A stretch of DNA of 63,994 bases, the filler included, from Piedraia hortae CBS 480.64 (lineage: Eukaryota), in assembly GCA_010093745.1 (NCBI GenBank). It is 3 parts of 3 records of this genome, joined end to end, with 100 filler letters (N's around TTAATTAATTAA, not from the genome) between each part and the next. Parts side by side here need not be neighbours in the genome. Positions count along the whole stretch, not along the records: positions 1 to 22,312 come from MU006061.1; 2 more parts are not named here. The stretch is one strand, 5' to 3'. This document shows positions 1-11,933 of the stretch, one piece after another. Position numbers and translations under genes: made by a program. A model generated the notes under the pieces. That model did no database searches, was not told the origin of the DNA, and worked only from the letters and a program-made list of their open reading frames with translations. How positions within the stretch are numbered: position 1 is the stretch's first letter; each line of letters begins with the position of its first letter.

Positions 1-63
1 ACGCGTCAACTAGTTTTCCGTAGAGATTTGTATGCAGGTACACATCTGCTCACAATTATAATA
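1..63 (+). mobile_element. Copia-type LTR family A, partial copy at the contig start
   Basis: Exact reverse complement of 22136-22198; ends ...CACAATTATAATA. Confidence 0.85.
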
Positions 64-189
64 CAACGTCCTCTCATTTATGTAGTATATACAACTATAA
101 AATTATTCACGGCTTAGTGTACTCACACTATCAGTTCGTCCACTTTAACTACTATGTCAACTCAACGGTCGCAAAATCAAACCATCTGG

Positions 190-314
190 TGTTATAATTG
201 TGAGTAGATGTGTACCAGTATGCATACAAGTCTCTACAGAAAACTAGTTGACGCGTCAAGTCGAGAGCCCGCCGATTACTAATAATGCGCGTAATATACC
301 GCATATTCACAACA
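190..314 (-). mobile_element. Solo LTR family A, older diverged copy
   Basis: Aligns to 22136-22259 with several substitutions and small indels; TG...CA termini; TSD TCTGG at 185-189 reappears at 512-516 beyond the nested LTR. Confidence 0.85.
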
Positions 315-318
315 TGTG

Positions 319-510
319 TGTCAGGATCTCAGTCCCACTTCCAATCACGTGGTCTCGGCACGGCCCGCTCGGCACGGCCCGTAAAATCCCACAACATCGA
401 GACAGTTGCCCTTTTGGCCTTTACGCGTTGTTCTAGTCATTTAGGCAATATAGCGTAGCGCACACCGCTTAGCTCCGTCATTTGTGCCCTCCGGCCTCTC
501 GGGCTTGATA
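319..510. mobile_element. Solo LTR family B inserted at the edge of the family A LTR
   Basis: TGTCA...TGATA termini (TGACA with one transition); flanked by ATGTG (314-318) and ATCTG (511-515); shares the 17-mer ATCACGTGGTCTCGGCA with 12027-12043. Confidence 0.7.
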
Positions 511-1378
511 ATCTGGCCATATCAACTGCGACGGCTCGTTCACCCTTGGCGTCGACACTACAACCAAAAACCCTCCCAACGGCCGCAACGGCGTGCGCAT
601 AATCTCCAATCGGAGTTACTCGAAAGGCGCTCTAACTGTATCTGATGTGCAGCATATGCCATTGGGTGTGTGTGGCACATGAGGCGCGTTGTGGCTGACG
701 TCTGCCTACTACCCCTCGATGGGCGAGATAGACATCATCGAGGGCACAAACGATGAGCAGTTCAACATTATAACGCTGCACACCGATACAGGATGTGCGG
801 TGACCTTGCCTGCGCCGATGCAGGGGACGCTGATTAGGAAGGATTGCTGTACGAATGCTGTAGAATATGATGGCTGTGGGATCAAGGCCCCTGTAAGTGA
901 AAGTGTGAGCGAGACTTCCTTCCCTACTGCTGTTCATGATTTCAATGCCTTAGGCAGTGGGCTGTACGTGACATACTGGTCGAGCGCGGGAATCAAGATC
1001 TACCCCTCCCGAGAGAAAAGGTACCGGCTGACCTGAAAGTGGGAACGCCGAAGCCCGATACTTGGACTACGATTAAGCCATTGGCGAGTTTCACGGGCAC
1101 GGGGTGCGACTGCTTCAGTCATTTTTCGCAACAGCAGGTTGTTCTGAATATCGATATGTGCGGCTCCTGGGCAGGAGATGAGTGGAACAATTCGAAATGT
1201 CCAGCTACTACCGGATATGCGACGTGCGAGGACTTTGTGAAGGATAAGCCGGAGGCGCTGAAAGAAGCGTATTGGAAGATTCGGAATATTAAGATCTATC
1301 AGACAAGTGAAAGAATGACGACACAGATTTATGGCTGGTAAATCACGGATATGAGTAGCTTTGATATCAGTAGTTCTG

Positions 1379-2805
1379 TCAACCCGTGAAGAATCTCAAG
1401 CGGACTTGTTGAATTTCGACTCCAGGTAGTGTTGAAACGACAGCCACACCTTGGTCTCGAGGACTCCACTCTTGTACTGCTCTGCCGTAGACTTCTTCCA
1501 GCTCAATTTTGTACATGTCGTTACAGAACCAGCCGTGGTTTAAAACTTCAGTCGCAGTAAGGCGCTTCTCCTCATCCAGACAGAGACATTCCTTGATGAA
1601 AGCTTTGCCGTCGGCGCTGATCTTTTGCCACTCTGGTTTGAGCTCTAAAAGGGCAATTCGAGACCGCCAGTCTTGCACACTTGGTGCTGCCCGGTTTGTC
1701 GAAGCAGAGAACAGCATTTCATTCATCAAAAGAAGTGAGGTAATGCATCCCAAAGACCAGACATCGATGCTTTTCGTATAGCCTTTTCCATCAGTATAGA
1801 CCTCTGGCGCGGTATACCCCATGGTCCCGACGCTAGAGTACATTCTTGGACTGGAAAGCTTCCTGGCTTGGCCGAAATCTGTCAGAACAATTCTTGTCCC
1901 GTCACGCCACGACGTCAGTAGCACGTTCTCGGGCTTAACGTCTCGGTGCACAATGTCCTGCGCGTGGAGATATTCAATAGCCTTTGCCAGTTGTCTAGCG
2001 ATGGCTGCTGCTTGGGGCTCAGTCATTGGTCTTCCTAAGTGTTCGACAAAGGAGAGCAGGTCGCCTCCAGTGATAAGCTCTTCGATGATGTAGACGTGTG
2101 TTGGACCACAAAATACTTTTTCTAGACGGATGATGTTGGGATGATCGAGATCTTTAAGCAGTGTATGCTCTCTAGCCAGAGTCTCCCTTTTCTTCTTGGC
2201 AATGGCTGCAGGGAGACGTATGATTTTGCACGCAAATTGCTTCTGGTTGGATGGCTTCATGGCTAAATAAACGGTTGCGTTACCTCCTGAACCTAGAATA
2301 CGATTTGTTACAAAATATTCTTTCGCAAAGCAGTCCACCTCGCTTTGAATAGTCGTATCGAGAGGTTTACCCGGCGGCGCTTTGGAGTGAAACTTTAGAC
2401 TTATAGAGGGGTTTAGTTTCAGAATATCTCCATGGTTGAGTAAGACATCACCGCTAACTCTAGTCAAACGCATCGTCGTCGTGCTGTTGGAGCCAGCGAG
2501 CGATGGCATGTACTTTACCGGATTGGAGGAGAGAACGCGAACATAGACCAGAGGAGCTACCTTCTCCTCTCCCTCTTCGTCATCATCAAAGATCACACAG
2601 CGGCATCTCAGATGGTGAGTAGAGATGGTCTTTTCTTTCTTCTTCCATACTTGATCAAAGTCTTTGCGTCCGAGATCAAACTCGTCGTTGGCGAAGATGT
2701 AAAAGGCGTCTAGACTATTAACGCTAGTCCCAGATCTGCATAGGACTTACGGGTTGGCAGCGAGGTGTGTCGCAGCTCAAACGCTGCCACAGCGTCCGTT
2801 TCCAT
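1379..2805 (-). CDS. MEK1: FHA-domain Ser/Thr kinase, meiotic Mek1 type (exons 2805-2751 and 2709-1379)
   Basis: FHA motifs GR, SxxH and SSN; kinase motifs GSGGNA, HRDVKPEN, DFG, GTxGYTAPE; 41-nt GT-AG intron at 2710-2750 restores the N-terminus METDAVAAF. Confidence 0.8.
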
Positions 2806-3010
2806 CCTTGCATCTGACGTTGACGCTAGAGGTGAGGTTGGGCATCACGTGCGGTGCTTAGTCAGGCGCCAAGCCCCGCACCCGCAATGTCAGAATTCTG
2901 GAGCTGCCCTCTTTCTCTTCCACATCAACCTCATCACCGGCAACAAGGGTACTTTGACTGCTATTCTTTTGCGACTTATGCTAATGATCATTAGTCAAAG
3001 CTAGCCCACG

Positions 3011-3134
3011 ATGAGAGCGAAGTGGAGGAAGAAGCGCGTTCGTCGTCTTAAGCGTAAGAGGAGAAAGATGAGGGCTCGCAGGTTTGTAGCATGATGACTT
3101 GGCTGTGCGGACGCTAACAGGCAGCAGCAAGTAA
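3011..3134 (+). CDS. RPL41: Ribosomal protein eL41, 25 aa (exons 3011-3081 and 3128-3134)
   Basis: Translates to MRAKWRKKRVRRLKRKRRKMRARSK*; intron 3082-3127 with GTTTGT donor, GCTAAC branch site and CAG acceptor; probable 5'UTR intron near 2949-3000. Confidence 0.97.
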
Positions 3135-3358
3135 GCAGCTCGCCCCAATCGGCTCGGCCACTGCGACATGACAGCAGTAAACTCGCCCTCGACAACGTTA
3201 AAAGGAAGAGCGGACATGATGGCTGGGCAAGGCAAGATCACGGCGGCTTGTTGCCATGTATCACACTCTCTAACACCGGCTGCTGCCTTTGAGAGTCGCC
3301 CCTCGGTAGATTGAAATGGACGAAATTCTGCCGATAACTGTGCCACTCTTACGCTATG

Positions 3359-4276
3359 CTATACCAGGGCGATCCCCAGCATGCCATCGTCTATTGCCCT
3401 CTTCACCTCCCCAATGTCTTCGCCGCGCTGCGACAAGACGTGTGCCAAAGTCTCACTGAACGTCTCCCCGTTGTTCCCAAACCACTCTCCCTGACACGCC
3501 GTCTTGATGTACGCCTCGACGCCTCGCCTCGACAGCCTTGAGTCGCTCAGAAACAGAATCTGCTGCGGGTCCAGCTTCATCATGTCCTCAACGACGTAAT
3601 AATGCGTGATCTCATCGCCCCAGCCCTGCAGCAGCAGCTCGTCATGATGCGTCCACAAACGGCAGCGATAGTGACATGGAAGCGACTTGGCCAGGAGCCG
3701 CCCGTTCGACGGACAAACGTTCCATCTCACCGTCTCCTTCAAGACATTTTCAAACAAGTCATACATGTGCGCCAGCTGCTGCGTATCCCATGCTCTCAAC
3801 AGTTTTGCCCTCTCTTCGACATAGTCGACATGGTTTCTCATTGTGCGCACATGATGTTGGTTGTGGAAAGCCTTTGCATACGTCCAGAGCCTGTAAACAG
3901 CGCGTCGCAGCGCCAATCTCTCGTCTCTCCGTAACAGTCTGCGGCTCGCATACTCGTTGCGCCATTTCTTAAAGGGATATAGTTCCTCCCACCGCAGCGC
4001 GACTCTTCCCACATCATAGGCTTGCTTCAGCAGAGATAGCGACAATGGCGCCGAACGGCGCGCGTGGACTGGCACGCTCTCGTTCAGAGTAATCAGTTGG
4101 ATAATATCTTCGAAAGGTCCACATTCGCGGTCAATGATAGTTGCGAGGATTGTAAGCTGCTGGCGCAAGAAGATTGAGCGGAAGAAGTGAGAGGCAAGGC
4201 TCAGTGAAAGGGCGCTGCGCGCCGTAGGTAGTAGGTGGTAGATTCTGGACAGAAGTTCGTTTGGAAGCGTTTCCAT
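3359..4276 (-). CDS. F-box-like domain protein, function unknown
   Basis: 305-aa ORF beginning METLPNELLSRI, an F-box-like signature. Confidence 0.7.
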   Translation of the reverse strand: METLPNELLSRIYHLLPTARSALSLSLASHFFRSIFLRQQLTILATIIDRECGPFEDIIQLITLNESVPVHARRSAPLSLSLLKQAYDVGRVALRWEELYPFKKWRNEYASRRLLRRDERLALRRAVYRLWTYAKAFHNQHHVRTMRNHVDYVEERAKLLRAWDTQQLAHMYDLFENVLKETVRWNVCPSNGRLLAKSLPCHYRCRLWTHHDELLLQGWGDEITHYYVVEDMMKLDPQQILFLSDSRLSRRGVEAYIKTACQGEWFGNNGETFSETLAHVLSQRGEDIGEVKRAIDDGMLGIALV

Positions 4277-5510
4277 TCTTACTGTCTTCCCTTTTTTTTT
4301 CCCTGTTTTCTTTCCAAGTAGGGGAGTTGGATCGGAGGATGGCGAGTCGACGCGATAGCAGTCGTCGACTCGTGGTTGTTGCTAGGGCCTAATATACGTG
4401 CACCCCGCCGTTGGGGTTACATAAAAGGTCGTCATGGTTGAAGTCGGGGGCAATGTTTGCCATAGTGAGCTTCCTCCTCCGCATCAAGGTTGCCATGGTT
4501 GAACGCACGGGTGCCATTGTCGACCACGCGTGAGATGACAGTTATATAGCGGAACCAATTCCGTTCAACGGAAAGTTCCGACTGCCTCTCTACGCGACGA
4601 GCGAGGGTTCCCAGATACAGTAACAACAGCTTTGCGTGAGAAGTTCTTCGAGTCTCACAAAATCTGGAACTTGTTGGTTATTCCCTTGGGAAGATATCGG
4701 AATTTGCGGGAATTGGCCAAATTTGTCCTGATCTCTTCCGGAATGTATTGAAATAGAAGCTCTCCGCCAGTCGATGCCTACGCCGGCCTATCAAGCTAGG
4801 GTGGCAAGCTCCGGATTTCAGAAACAAGTCAACACCATATACGGCACCAAGAAGACACGATAAGAATGGTGCGCACGACGAATCGCTGAACACTACTAAC
4901 TTGTTCCTGCTCTGCGGAGCTCGTCGAATGGTGACAACTCTATTGCGCTGTGAATGGCCGAATCAAGGAAAGACTGCATGACGTGGCCATTTACCTAGGT
5001 ATCTGCTCTCTGGACCTTATCCACACCAACGTTGGTGGACCATCACCCATCATGATGAAAAAAAAGGATGTGAAAACAGTAATACTCCCAATGGATAACT
5101 TCACTAACCAGAACGCGAATCTAGCGACCGCTGAGTGTGGAAGCAGGTCGTCTTTGATCTGCTCCAAGACTGCTATAGCGACGGAGTTCAAAACCTCTTG
5201 CGAAGCAGCGCTTCAGAGCAAACTTGTTTGAGCTGAAGAAATTATAGAGCTGTACGGTTGGCACAACTTGTACAGAATTCATTAATGTAGAAAACGCTGG
5301 CTACCCCTCGTTCGACAGCGCGGATACGTACGACGAGGTGGATGATGGTAAGACGGGATACTCGTTCTTTGCCCTCCGTTATATAAGAGGCGCGGGACCT
5401 ATTTAGGCTGCGCTGGATCGGCGGAAATGACAACCCCGCAGGTCTGTAGAGGCGGTCAGTGCATCTGGTCATCATACATCCTGGCTTCGTAGCCCAGGAG
5501 AAAGTGTTAC

Positions 5511-5814
5511 TGTCAGAAGGATGTGGCACCCACCATGACCAGAACTATAGATAAAGTCGAAACTTCTCAGGGTTTTTACCTCTATAGAGGAAGTTTTCCC
5601 TGAGACGGATCATAGTCTCGTTCATGCTTAAGGGCATGGTTCGCTGACGTTGTCCTGGCAAATGCGGTTAGAGTGAGGGAGTGTGGGGGAGGTTTCGAAC
5701 CTCACCTCATAGAGATAGACATCTACATTTCACATTTTTCAGTAAAAGATGAGTGAAAACTTTTGTCGTTGATATCCACTCCACCCTAGTCCTCGGAGGT
5801 TCACCCCTCCGACA
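5511..5814 (-). mobile_element. Solo LTR family C (304 bp)
   Basis: TGTCAG...CCGACA termini; perfect 5-bp TSD GTTAC at 5506-5510 and 5815-5819; minus-strand start TGTCGGA matches the LTR start after the PPT at 24340. Confidence 0.8.
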
Positions 5815-6045
5815 GTTACAGATTTGTCCTGATTCGACGTGGTCCTAGCCGAATCATCAGCCGTTTCAGGGTCTATTCAACTATAATGAGCTTACAGTTG
5901 AGATGTAGGGGCTACATGGACCGACCCACCTCTTCAATTTGAAAAAATACGAACAGCGACGACGATATTCTTAGCTTTTAACTCTATCCTGGCCCTTTAG
6001 CAATAAAACCCCTTCCACATCATCAGAGCATCACCAAAGAGATAT

Positions 6046-7737
6046 TTACTTCATCCAAACTCCCTCCTCATCCTCCAAATCAATCTCCTGCGAATCGCGT
6101 TGTTCTTCACCCTCTAACGGCGTGCCAAGTCTCTCCCCACCTTCTCCTTCCGTGATTCCTTTGCCTTCTGTCATTGCCTTGTCCGAAAACCTCAATGCTG
6201 CCACAAGGGCCTCCTTGAAGTACCAAAACACTTCTGGTTTGTTCATTCGGTCCTCCATTGTCACATCTCGCATCATATTTGCTCTCACGAACCACTGACC
6301 CTTCGCAGCAAGGAATTTCTTTCCAAATGTCGATTCAGGGTCAAAGTAGCCGCGCTCCCAGGCTTCCTTGGCAGGGACACGAAGGAAATCAGGAGTGCAA
6401 TCAGTTGAAACATGAGTTCGATCGGCGAGAATACCAGGTGATCCTTCAGGCCAGATTCTTTGAGGTTTCCAGCCCGGCGTCGGGGGCACACCTCGGTTGG
6501 GCAGCGGTGTGCGGCTTGTTGCAGAGCTAGTGGGGTTTTGGGCCATATATGCGGCCTCCAGCACGGTGGGAGCTTTGGGAGGCTCACTTGGCACAGATTG
6601 TTTGCCAAGAGCTTTAGCTGAGGGGGTAGCTGGAGCATGGACCAATTCTTCCTCCCTCATGGGCTGCTTCCCTCTTGCTCTTTCAGAAAGTGGAGTTCCT
6701 GTAGCCTTTTTTTCCTCGGCCGCAGTCTCTCCCTGTGGGGAAATATTTTCCTTATCCGACGAAGCTCCAGGACTAACAGTCTCCCCGACTTTTGAGAGCC
6801 CCTTCGCTTCCTCCAGAATTTCGGCTATGGACCTCATGGGAGATATGGGCGAGTGCGCATGAACCTGCGATGGAGTATGCGAACCAGCCTTTGATGACGA
6901 ACGCGAGCCAGCCTTTGACGAAGAACGCGAACCGGCCAGTGATGGCGCACGCGAACCAGCCTTCGACCCAGAGGGCCCCACCTCTTCCTCATCTTCATTC
7001 AAAGCCTCCGGGATTGATTCCATGGACGGGGAAGCCGAGATCGAAAGATGCGCCGAGCGCATCGAGCGCGGCGAAGGGGGATCCGATGAATGCGACTGTT
7101 GTCTTGACAAAGGGAACATAGTTTCCAACACCTCATTGTTGTCCTCGTCATAAATTTCATCATCACCTTCATCATCATCATGAGGACTACCCGCAAAGGG
7201 TCCTATGTCTGGTGGATATATTGCCTTTGGAATCTTTGCCTTTGGTGTTCCTTCCTTTGAGGCCCCAGCTTTTGAGGTTTCTTCCTTTGGGTGCTTCTCC
7301 TTTGAGGTCCCCTCCGACTCATCCTGTATTTCCTTGACAATACAATCCAGCAATTTCAACAACGCATCACTATCATTGGGATCGCGACCGGTGCCGTCCT
7401 TACCCACCAGAACCGCACGCATATACTCCACTCGCTCTGGCCACGAAATGCGGGTAAAGAATTTCACGAGGCTCGGAATCCCCGTCGACACTTCTTCAGT
7501 CTTCCGTACGCTGTTTCTGTCATCGTTGTTGGGAATAAGTTCGCCAGCAGCGACGTTCACATCGGTGATCCAGTTTGGGATCCAGCGTGTGCGGACCTTG
7601 CGTTGCTTGGAAACGATATCTGCCTCGCAGGAGTCACTGCATCTGGCGTTAGTAAATGTATGTAAATTTGAGGGGGAGGGTGACGTGCTTGCTGACGGCT
7701 TCCCACCAGGAGCTCCTAGAGGCAGTTGAGAGAACAT
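6046..7737 (-). CDS. Hypothetical protein with a low-complexity acidic and Ser/Pro-rich centre
   Basis: 563-aa open ORF; no family recognised. Confidence 0.65.
   Translation of the reverse strand: MFSQLPLGAPGGKPSASTSPSPSNLHTFTNARCSDSCEADIVSKQRKVRTRWIPNWITDVNVAAGELIPNNDDRNSVRKTEEVSTGIPSLVKFFTRISWPERVEYMRAVLVGKDGTGRDPNDSDALLKLLDCIVKEIQDESEGTSKEKHPKEETSKAGASKEGTPKAKIPKAIYPPDIGPFAGSPHDDDEGDDEIYDEDNNEVLETMFPLSRQQSHSSDPPSPRSMRSAHLSISASPSMESIPEALNEDEEEVGPSGSKAGSRAPSLAGSRSSSKAGSRSSSKAGSHTPSQVHAHSPISPMRSIAEILEEAKGLSKVGETVSPGASSDKENISPQGETAAEEKKATGTPLSERARGKQPMREEELVHAPATPSAKALGKQSVPSEPPKAPTVLEAAYMAQNPTSSATSRTPLPNRGVPPTPGWKPQRIWPEGSPGILADRTHVSTDCTPDFLRVPAKEAWERGYFDPESTFGKKFLAAKGQWFVRANMMRDVTMEDRMNKPEVFWYFKEALVAALRFSDKAMTEGKGITEGEGGERLGTPLEGEEQRDSQEIDLEDEEGVWMK
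6880..6965. repeat. Degenerate 24-bp coding tandem repeat (SKAGSRSS-like units)
   Basis: Repeated GAACGCGA(A/G)CCAGCCTT-type units; about four AGS peptide repeats. Confidence 0.75.
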
Positions 7738-8449
7738 CTCTCTCCGGGGAGGGGGACTGTGTTTGTGGGCTATTTTGGGGGACGGACATCTTCCAGGTTG
7801 GATTACTGGTTGGGGGTGTTGGGTCTGCGTTTATGTTCGCTCTGATGATGGAGAGTGGATGGAAGAGTCAGTTGGGTGGGAAGTAGTGCTGACGCGCCCT
7901 TTTGGCTGGTTTTGGAAGGTGCAAGGGGTGTGTAGCCAGTCATCGTTTTCGAGCGCATCCTGCGTCGTTTTGGTGAAATATAGGTGTTATTGTCTGCGAT
8001 GGCTTGAATGCCATTCACTTGTTGGAGAAAATGGGGTGGGCGGTGGATTGGTCATTTTGGAGACGTTTTGCAGACCAAAATCCTCTAGGGGTGTAAATTC
8101 GAGATTGAGGGGGACAACAAACTAACGCGACTTTGGATTCTGATCCACAAGTGGTTGGCGTGAGAGTGTTTTGATTCAATGCCAATAAGGTTTTTACACT
8201 TGACTCAAGAGAAGAATGTTAGCGTGGTCATGGATACAACGCAAATTCCAGCCGCCCGAACGCAGTATACACACTGCAGCTGACAAGGTGGTTTTCCTAT
8301 AACTTGTCTTGTGAATCAATTCACTTCTCTAAAGAAGGTTTTTAAATTTGACCTGACTTTACAAATTGTGAAGTCTAGTGTGAATACAACAAAACCTGGT
8401 CCCACAGAAAAGTAACGATACACTGTTTACCGGGTTTTCACTCCACCTC

Positions 8450-9614
8450 GTGGAGTGTGCCAAGGCCAGATCTGTTCTTCTTCCTCTTCCTCCAAACAAC
8501 AACATCTTGTTACTCTATCTTACACCACACACTCATACTTACATCAAGAAATATTGCAAGTCACCACGCATCATCCTTAAGAAAATCTGGGCTTGCACGA
8601 AGCAAACTATCCGCAAGATAGCGCCCCAACAGGCCGGGCCAAGCCTCCAAAGTTTAGCAGCAAGGGAATCCAATGCGCCATCTAATCAGCATTTGGCTAG
8701 CAACGTCGAAGCACAGCCACATCGTTTTGCTTTTGCCCCGGGTTGTGAAACGGTCGATGTTCGCATGCTGAGTCCAGAAGAGCTTGGTCAAGCGGAGCAC
8801 GATACCTCTCGCAGCAACGATCTCGCCCAGACTCGTCATACCATTGTATGTTCGATTCACACACAGCCACAAGAAGATGTCTCTGCCGAGCTTACCATGA
8901 CATCTAACGCTGTTATGTCTCGGGACGAACATGCCTCCAACGAACATGTCACAACTTGCAGCACCCCGCACGGCCACTCACCCATCGAGTCTCGCGCCCT
9001 GTCTGGAGATAGTTCCTCTACACCGACTTTCCTTCGTCCCCTACCAGAGGAAGCTTTCCCCGCAGAACCACCATCGCAGAGTCGAAGCCACTCCCAGACC
9101 ATCGATTCACAAGGAACTTCTTCTACTCCCACCCCCGATCAGACTTTCGAAGACTCTGCTATTTCCCTGCGCTATGAAACTCGACCTACCATGCTCTCAA
9201 CTCTGCCTAAGACGCCTCTCGATTGACTACCAGCCTCTCAATCAAGCTTCGCTCTCCCAGTTCACCCCGCCCTTCGAGGCAAGCTTATTCGGGCCCAATA
9301 TCATCCCAGCAAATGGAGCCATGAGGTGCCTCCGCCTCGAGGCCTCAAACCTCCATGGCAACAACCTCCCCAAGCCGTGGGAGACAAAGCGAGAGTATAT
9401 TTACCGCATACCCTCGGCAAAGACCACCCCGGAACGGGCCACAGACGCGAACGACACCCGTCTCTGCTTCTGCGTCTGGGGGCATTTCGAAGGCCTCTTT
9501 GTGCCCAAACAGAGCGAAAAGCGCGAGCCTTATCTCGCACGTATTGCCATAATGGGGATAGCTTGCCTTCTTCCTGACTGGGATGCGGCACTACAGCGTC
9601 ACTTTCGGCAGTAG
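8450..9614 (+). pseudogene. Hypothetical gene split across two overlapping frames
   Basis: ORFs 8450-9226 and 8931-9614 overlap; protein-like sequence appears to change frame near 9220. Confidence 0.4.
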
Positions 9615-11726
9615 CAACGCCGAGGAGATCTCCACCCCTTCGTCTAGGAGGCAAAGGAAGAGTATGTTCAGAGGATGCTGTGCAGGTACAGGACGCTTGA
9701 GGCGTGCGTGACTAACAGGGCATATTCAGGGAGGCATACACTGCCAGGAGGAATGCAGAAAGGAGATGGGGTGCGTGGTGTGGAGAGGGTTCGCGATGAC
9801 CGTGTATGGTAGGGTGGGAGGTGGGAAGGTAGGGGCTGAGTCCATGCTTCAGTGACTTTTGCACTCATGGGGATACTTGTGATGGCATGCTAGCTCTGGG
9901 CTATTTCTGGGCGCTTGAAGGGATTAGTCAAGCTCCCAAATGATACGGAGTCGATGGAGCGTGAGTTTATTCATCTGTGCTGTTCAGTAGTATGGCTCTG
10001 CTTCGACCGTATGATAATGTGGCGAGGCCAAATGTACATTTGTCATAGGTCTTTTTCCAATTCCAGCGAACAACTTTCATAGGTTTTTTTTTTGCTGGTG
10101 ATTGATCTAAATACCTGAGCAGTTGAGTGGGAAAGCACCTCATGGTCTTGAAGTTGCAAGACAAAGCTCACTAAAGCCACCAAGGTTAAATGGTAGGTAC
10201 TGGAGGGGCTACCACTTTCGTTTCAAGTTTACGTTAGAAGTATTTCCCACTGCGTGCACACCTCTGATCACCACTTCAAACGCGAATAGCACCACACACA
10301 AGCACTCTGCATAGCTATATACTACATCTTTCGAAAGTATATGCCCTAAGGTTTCATATGGTACCATTTTTGATGGTTAGCGATTCCATCGGAAGCGGAA
10401 AGTTGCGATTTATGCCAAAATGCGGTCTCGCACACTTGACGACCGTACGCCACCATCTCTGGGCCAAGGCGTATGAGGCGCTGACCGTTACAATCTTGAA
10501 GATATTGGCTTCCTTTTTCGCGTTGTTTGAGGCGCGCGCGATGTCAGGGCGTGGTGGGTCATCTGTTCAAAGTTGATGAAGTCGTTCCGATATCGACATG
10601 ACAACCTTGAGTCAACACAATAGAGCGCATAATCATCGCAAAAAATCATAAGTACATACATATGAACGTTAGAAATGCATGGATTCCAATTGTATGCACG
10701 GCAAAGATTGAATCCGTTTCTTATTGTGCCATTTTGCGAGGTTTGGTCATGCACGAAATGTGTTGAATTCAAGCATCGCCGCTAGCGCTTATGTCAGCGA
10801 TACCTCCTACACTACAAGCTGCACCCCAGGTTTTTCCCTCAGTGAGGTTTTCCCTCAGGGTCATGTCATACGTGACATGGCGATTGCGCTCTGCTAGTGT
10901 ACGACAAGACGTCGCCGGCCCACAAGTACAGAATTTATATTCTGAACGTCCCGTCTTATTGAGATATATAGTCATTCACACTGTCATATCGACGCTGGTA
11001 TTGACTCCCATCCATCTGCATCTGTCCTGACCCTGTTGTCAATTTCCGTCTATCGCTTCGTTCTCTTAGTTCGGGACGCTGCGCACTCCCATCAACGAGA
11101 GCCTTATCGCTACAAAATGGTCCTCGAAACTAGCGAAAAATTGGGCCATAAGCTTACGAGGATTTACATAAACACCGGTGGGGTATGATCTTCAAGGTAT
11201 GGTCTTCTGCCTTAATCAATCAGCTAGTGTTGGAGACGTTCGAGTGTCGCGCTACATCGCTCGAAAGTCAGCGAGTTTGAGCGATTTCGAGGGCGGCTTT
11301 CGCGGGGGAGCGCGGGGCAGCCCCCCACGTCCAACGACACCTTACACCAACGCCGTGTCCAACCGTTCGTGCGCTACATGGATGAGTCTCGTCTCTCCGA
11401 CACCGTATGCAGTTCAAATACATCAGTCCTGTTACTTTTGCGCCTCTAAAGTCCTTCGGAAGGCAGTTGGTAGAATGGCAACTCCTAATCTACTAGCATA
11501 AGACGCGTCCAGAGCGACCACAACATTGGGACGGGATAAATTGCCTATTCCGGGTCTGTCATACAAACAACTATATTTGCAACAAATAATAAGATTTTCA
11601 GGACGAGTAGATGCATGTAAATGCTCACATAAAGCCATTCCCGCCGGTCCATGTTCCGTACAGACGATCTGTTCTTCTTTTCCCACTGCGGATTCTCTTT
11701 TATACCGCTTCCCCTGTCTTATCATC

Positions 11727-11927
11727 ATGGACGCTGCCGTTAGTGAACTGTATGTTCTGGTCGAGAATGGCATCAAGCCAAATTTCGCGGCTACCGCCAA
11801 AAAGCACCTGGTCAATCGTACAACCTGGTACAAACGGTTCCAGGGCCTCACGGTGGACCAAGAAACTGCATTGGAGGCGCGCAGGAGCCTGTCACAGGAG
11901 CAAGAGGAGGAGCTAGTAGCACGGTGA
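11727..11927 (+). mobile_element. Fot1/pogo-type (Tc1-mariner) transposase N-terminal HTH fragment
   Basis: NFAATAKKHLVNRTTWYKRFQG...LSQEQEEELV resembles HTH_psq plus the start of a CENP-B-type HTH; cut off just before the LTR-like sequence at 11934. Confidence 0.7.
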
Positions 11928-11933
11928 ACCCTG

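Larger units (their letters stand above)
140..1341 (+). pseudogene. GH16 endo-1,3(4)-beta-glucanase pseudogene
   Basis: Catalytic GEIDIIEG motif; HMPLGVCGT*GALW with TGA at 680-682 where Trp is expected; frameshift near 1005-1020; C-terminal NIDMCGSWAG and EAYWKI motifs; 5' part interrupted by LTRs at 190-510. Confidence 0.85.

Noticed and set aside
1..314. CRISPR array or MITE
   Set aside because: No repeat-spacer array; the arms are two independent LTR copies and the spacer looks like GH16 gene sequence.
4430..5500. Decayed coding-like stretches (also 12640-13250 and 62900-63700)
   Set aside because: No recognisable family or element ends by eye; needs BLASTx.
5685..5710. tRNA gene suggested by a GTTCGAAAC loop
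   Set aside because: No cloverleaf can be built; it lies inside a solo LTR.
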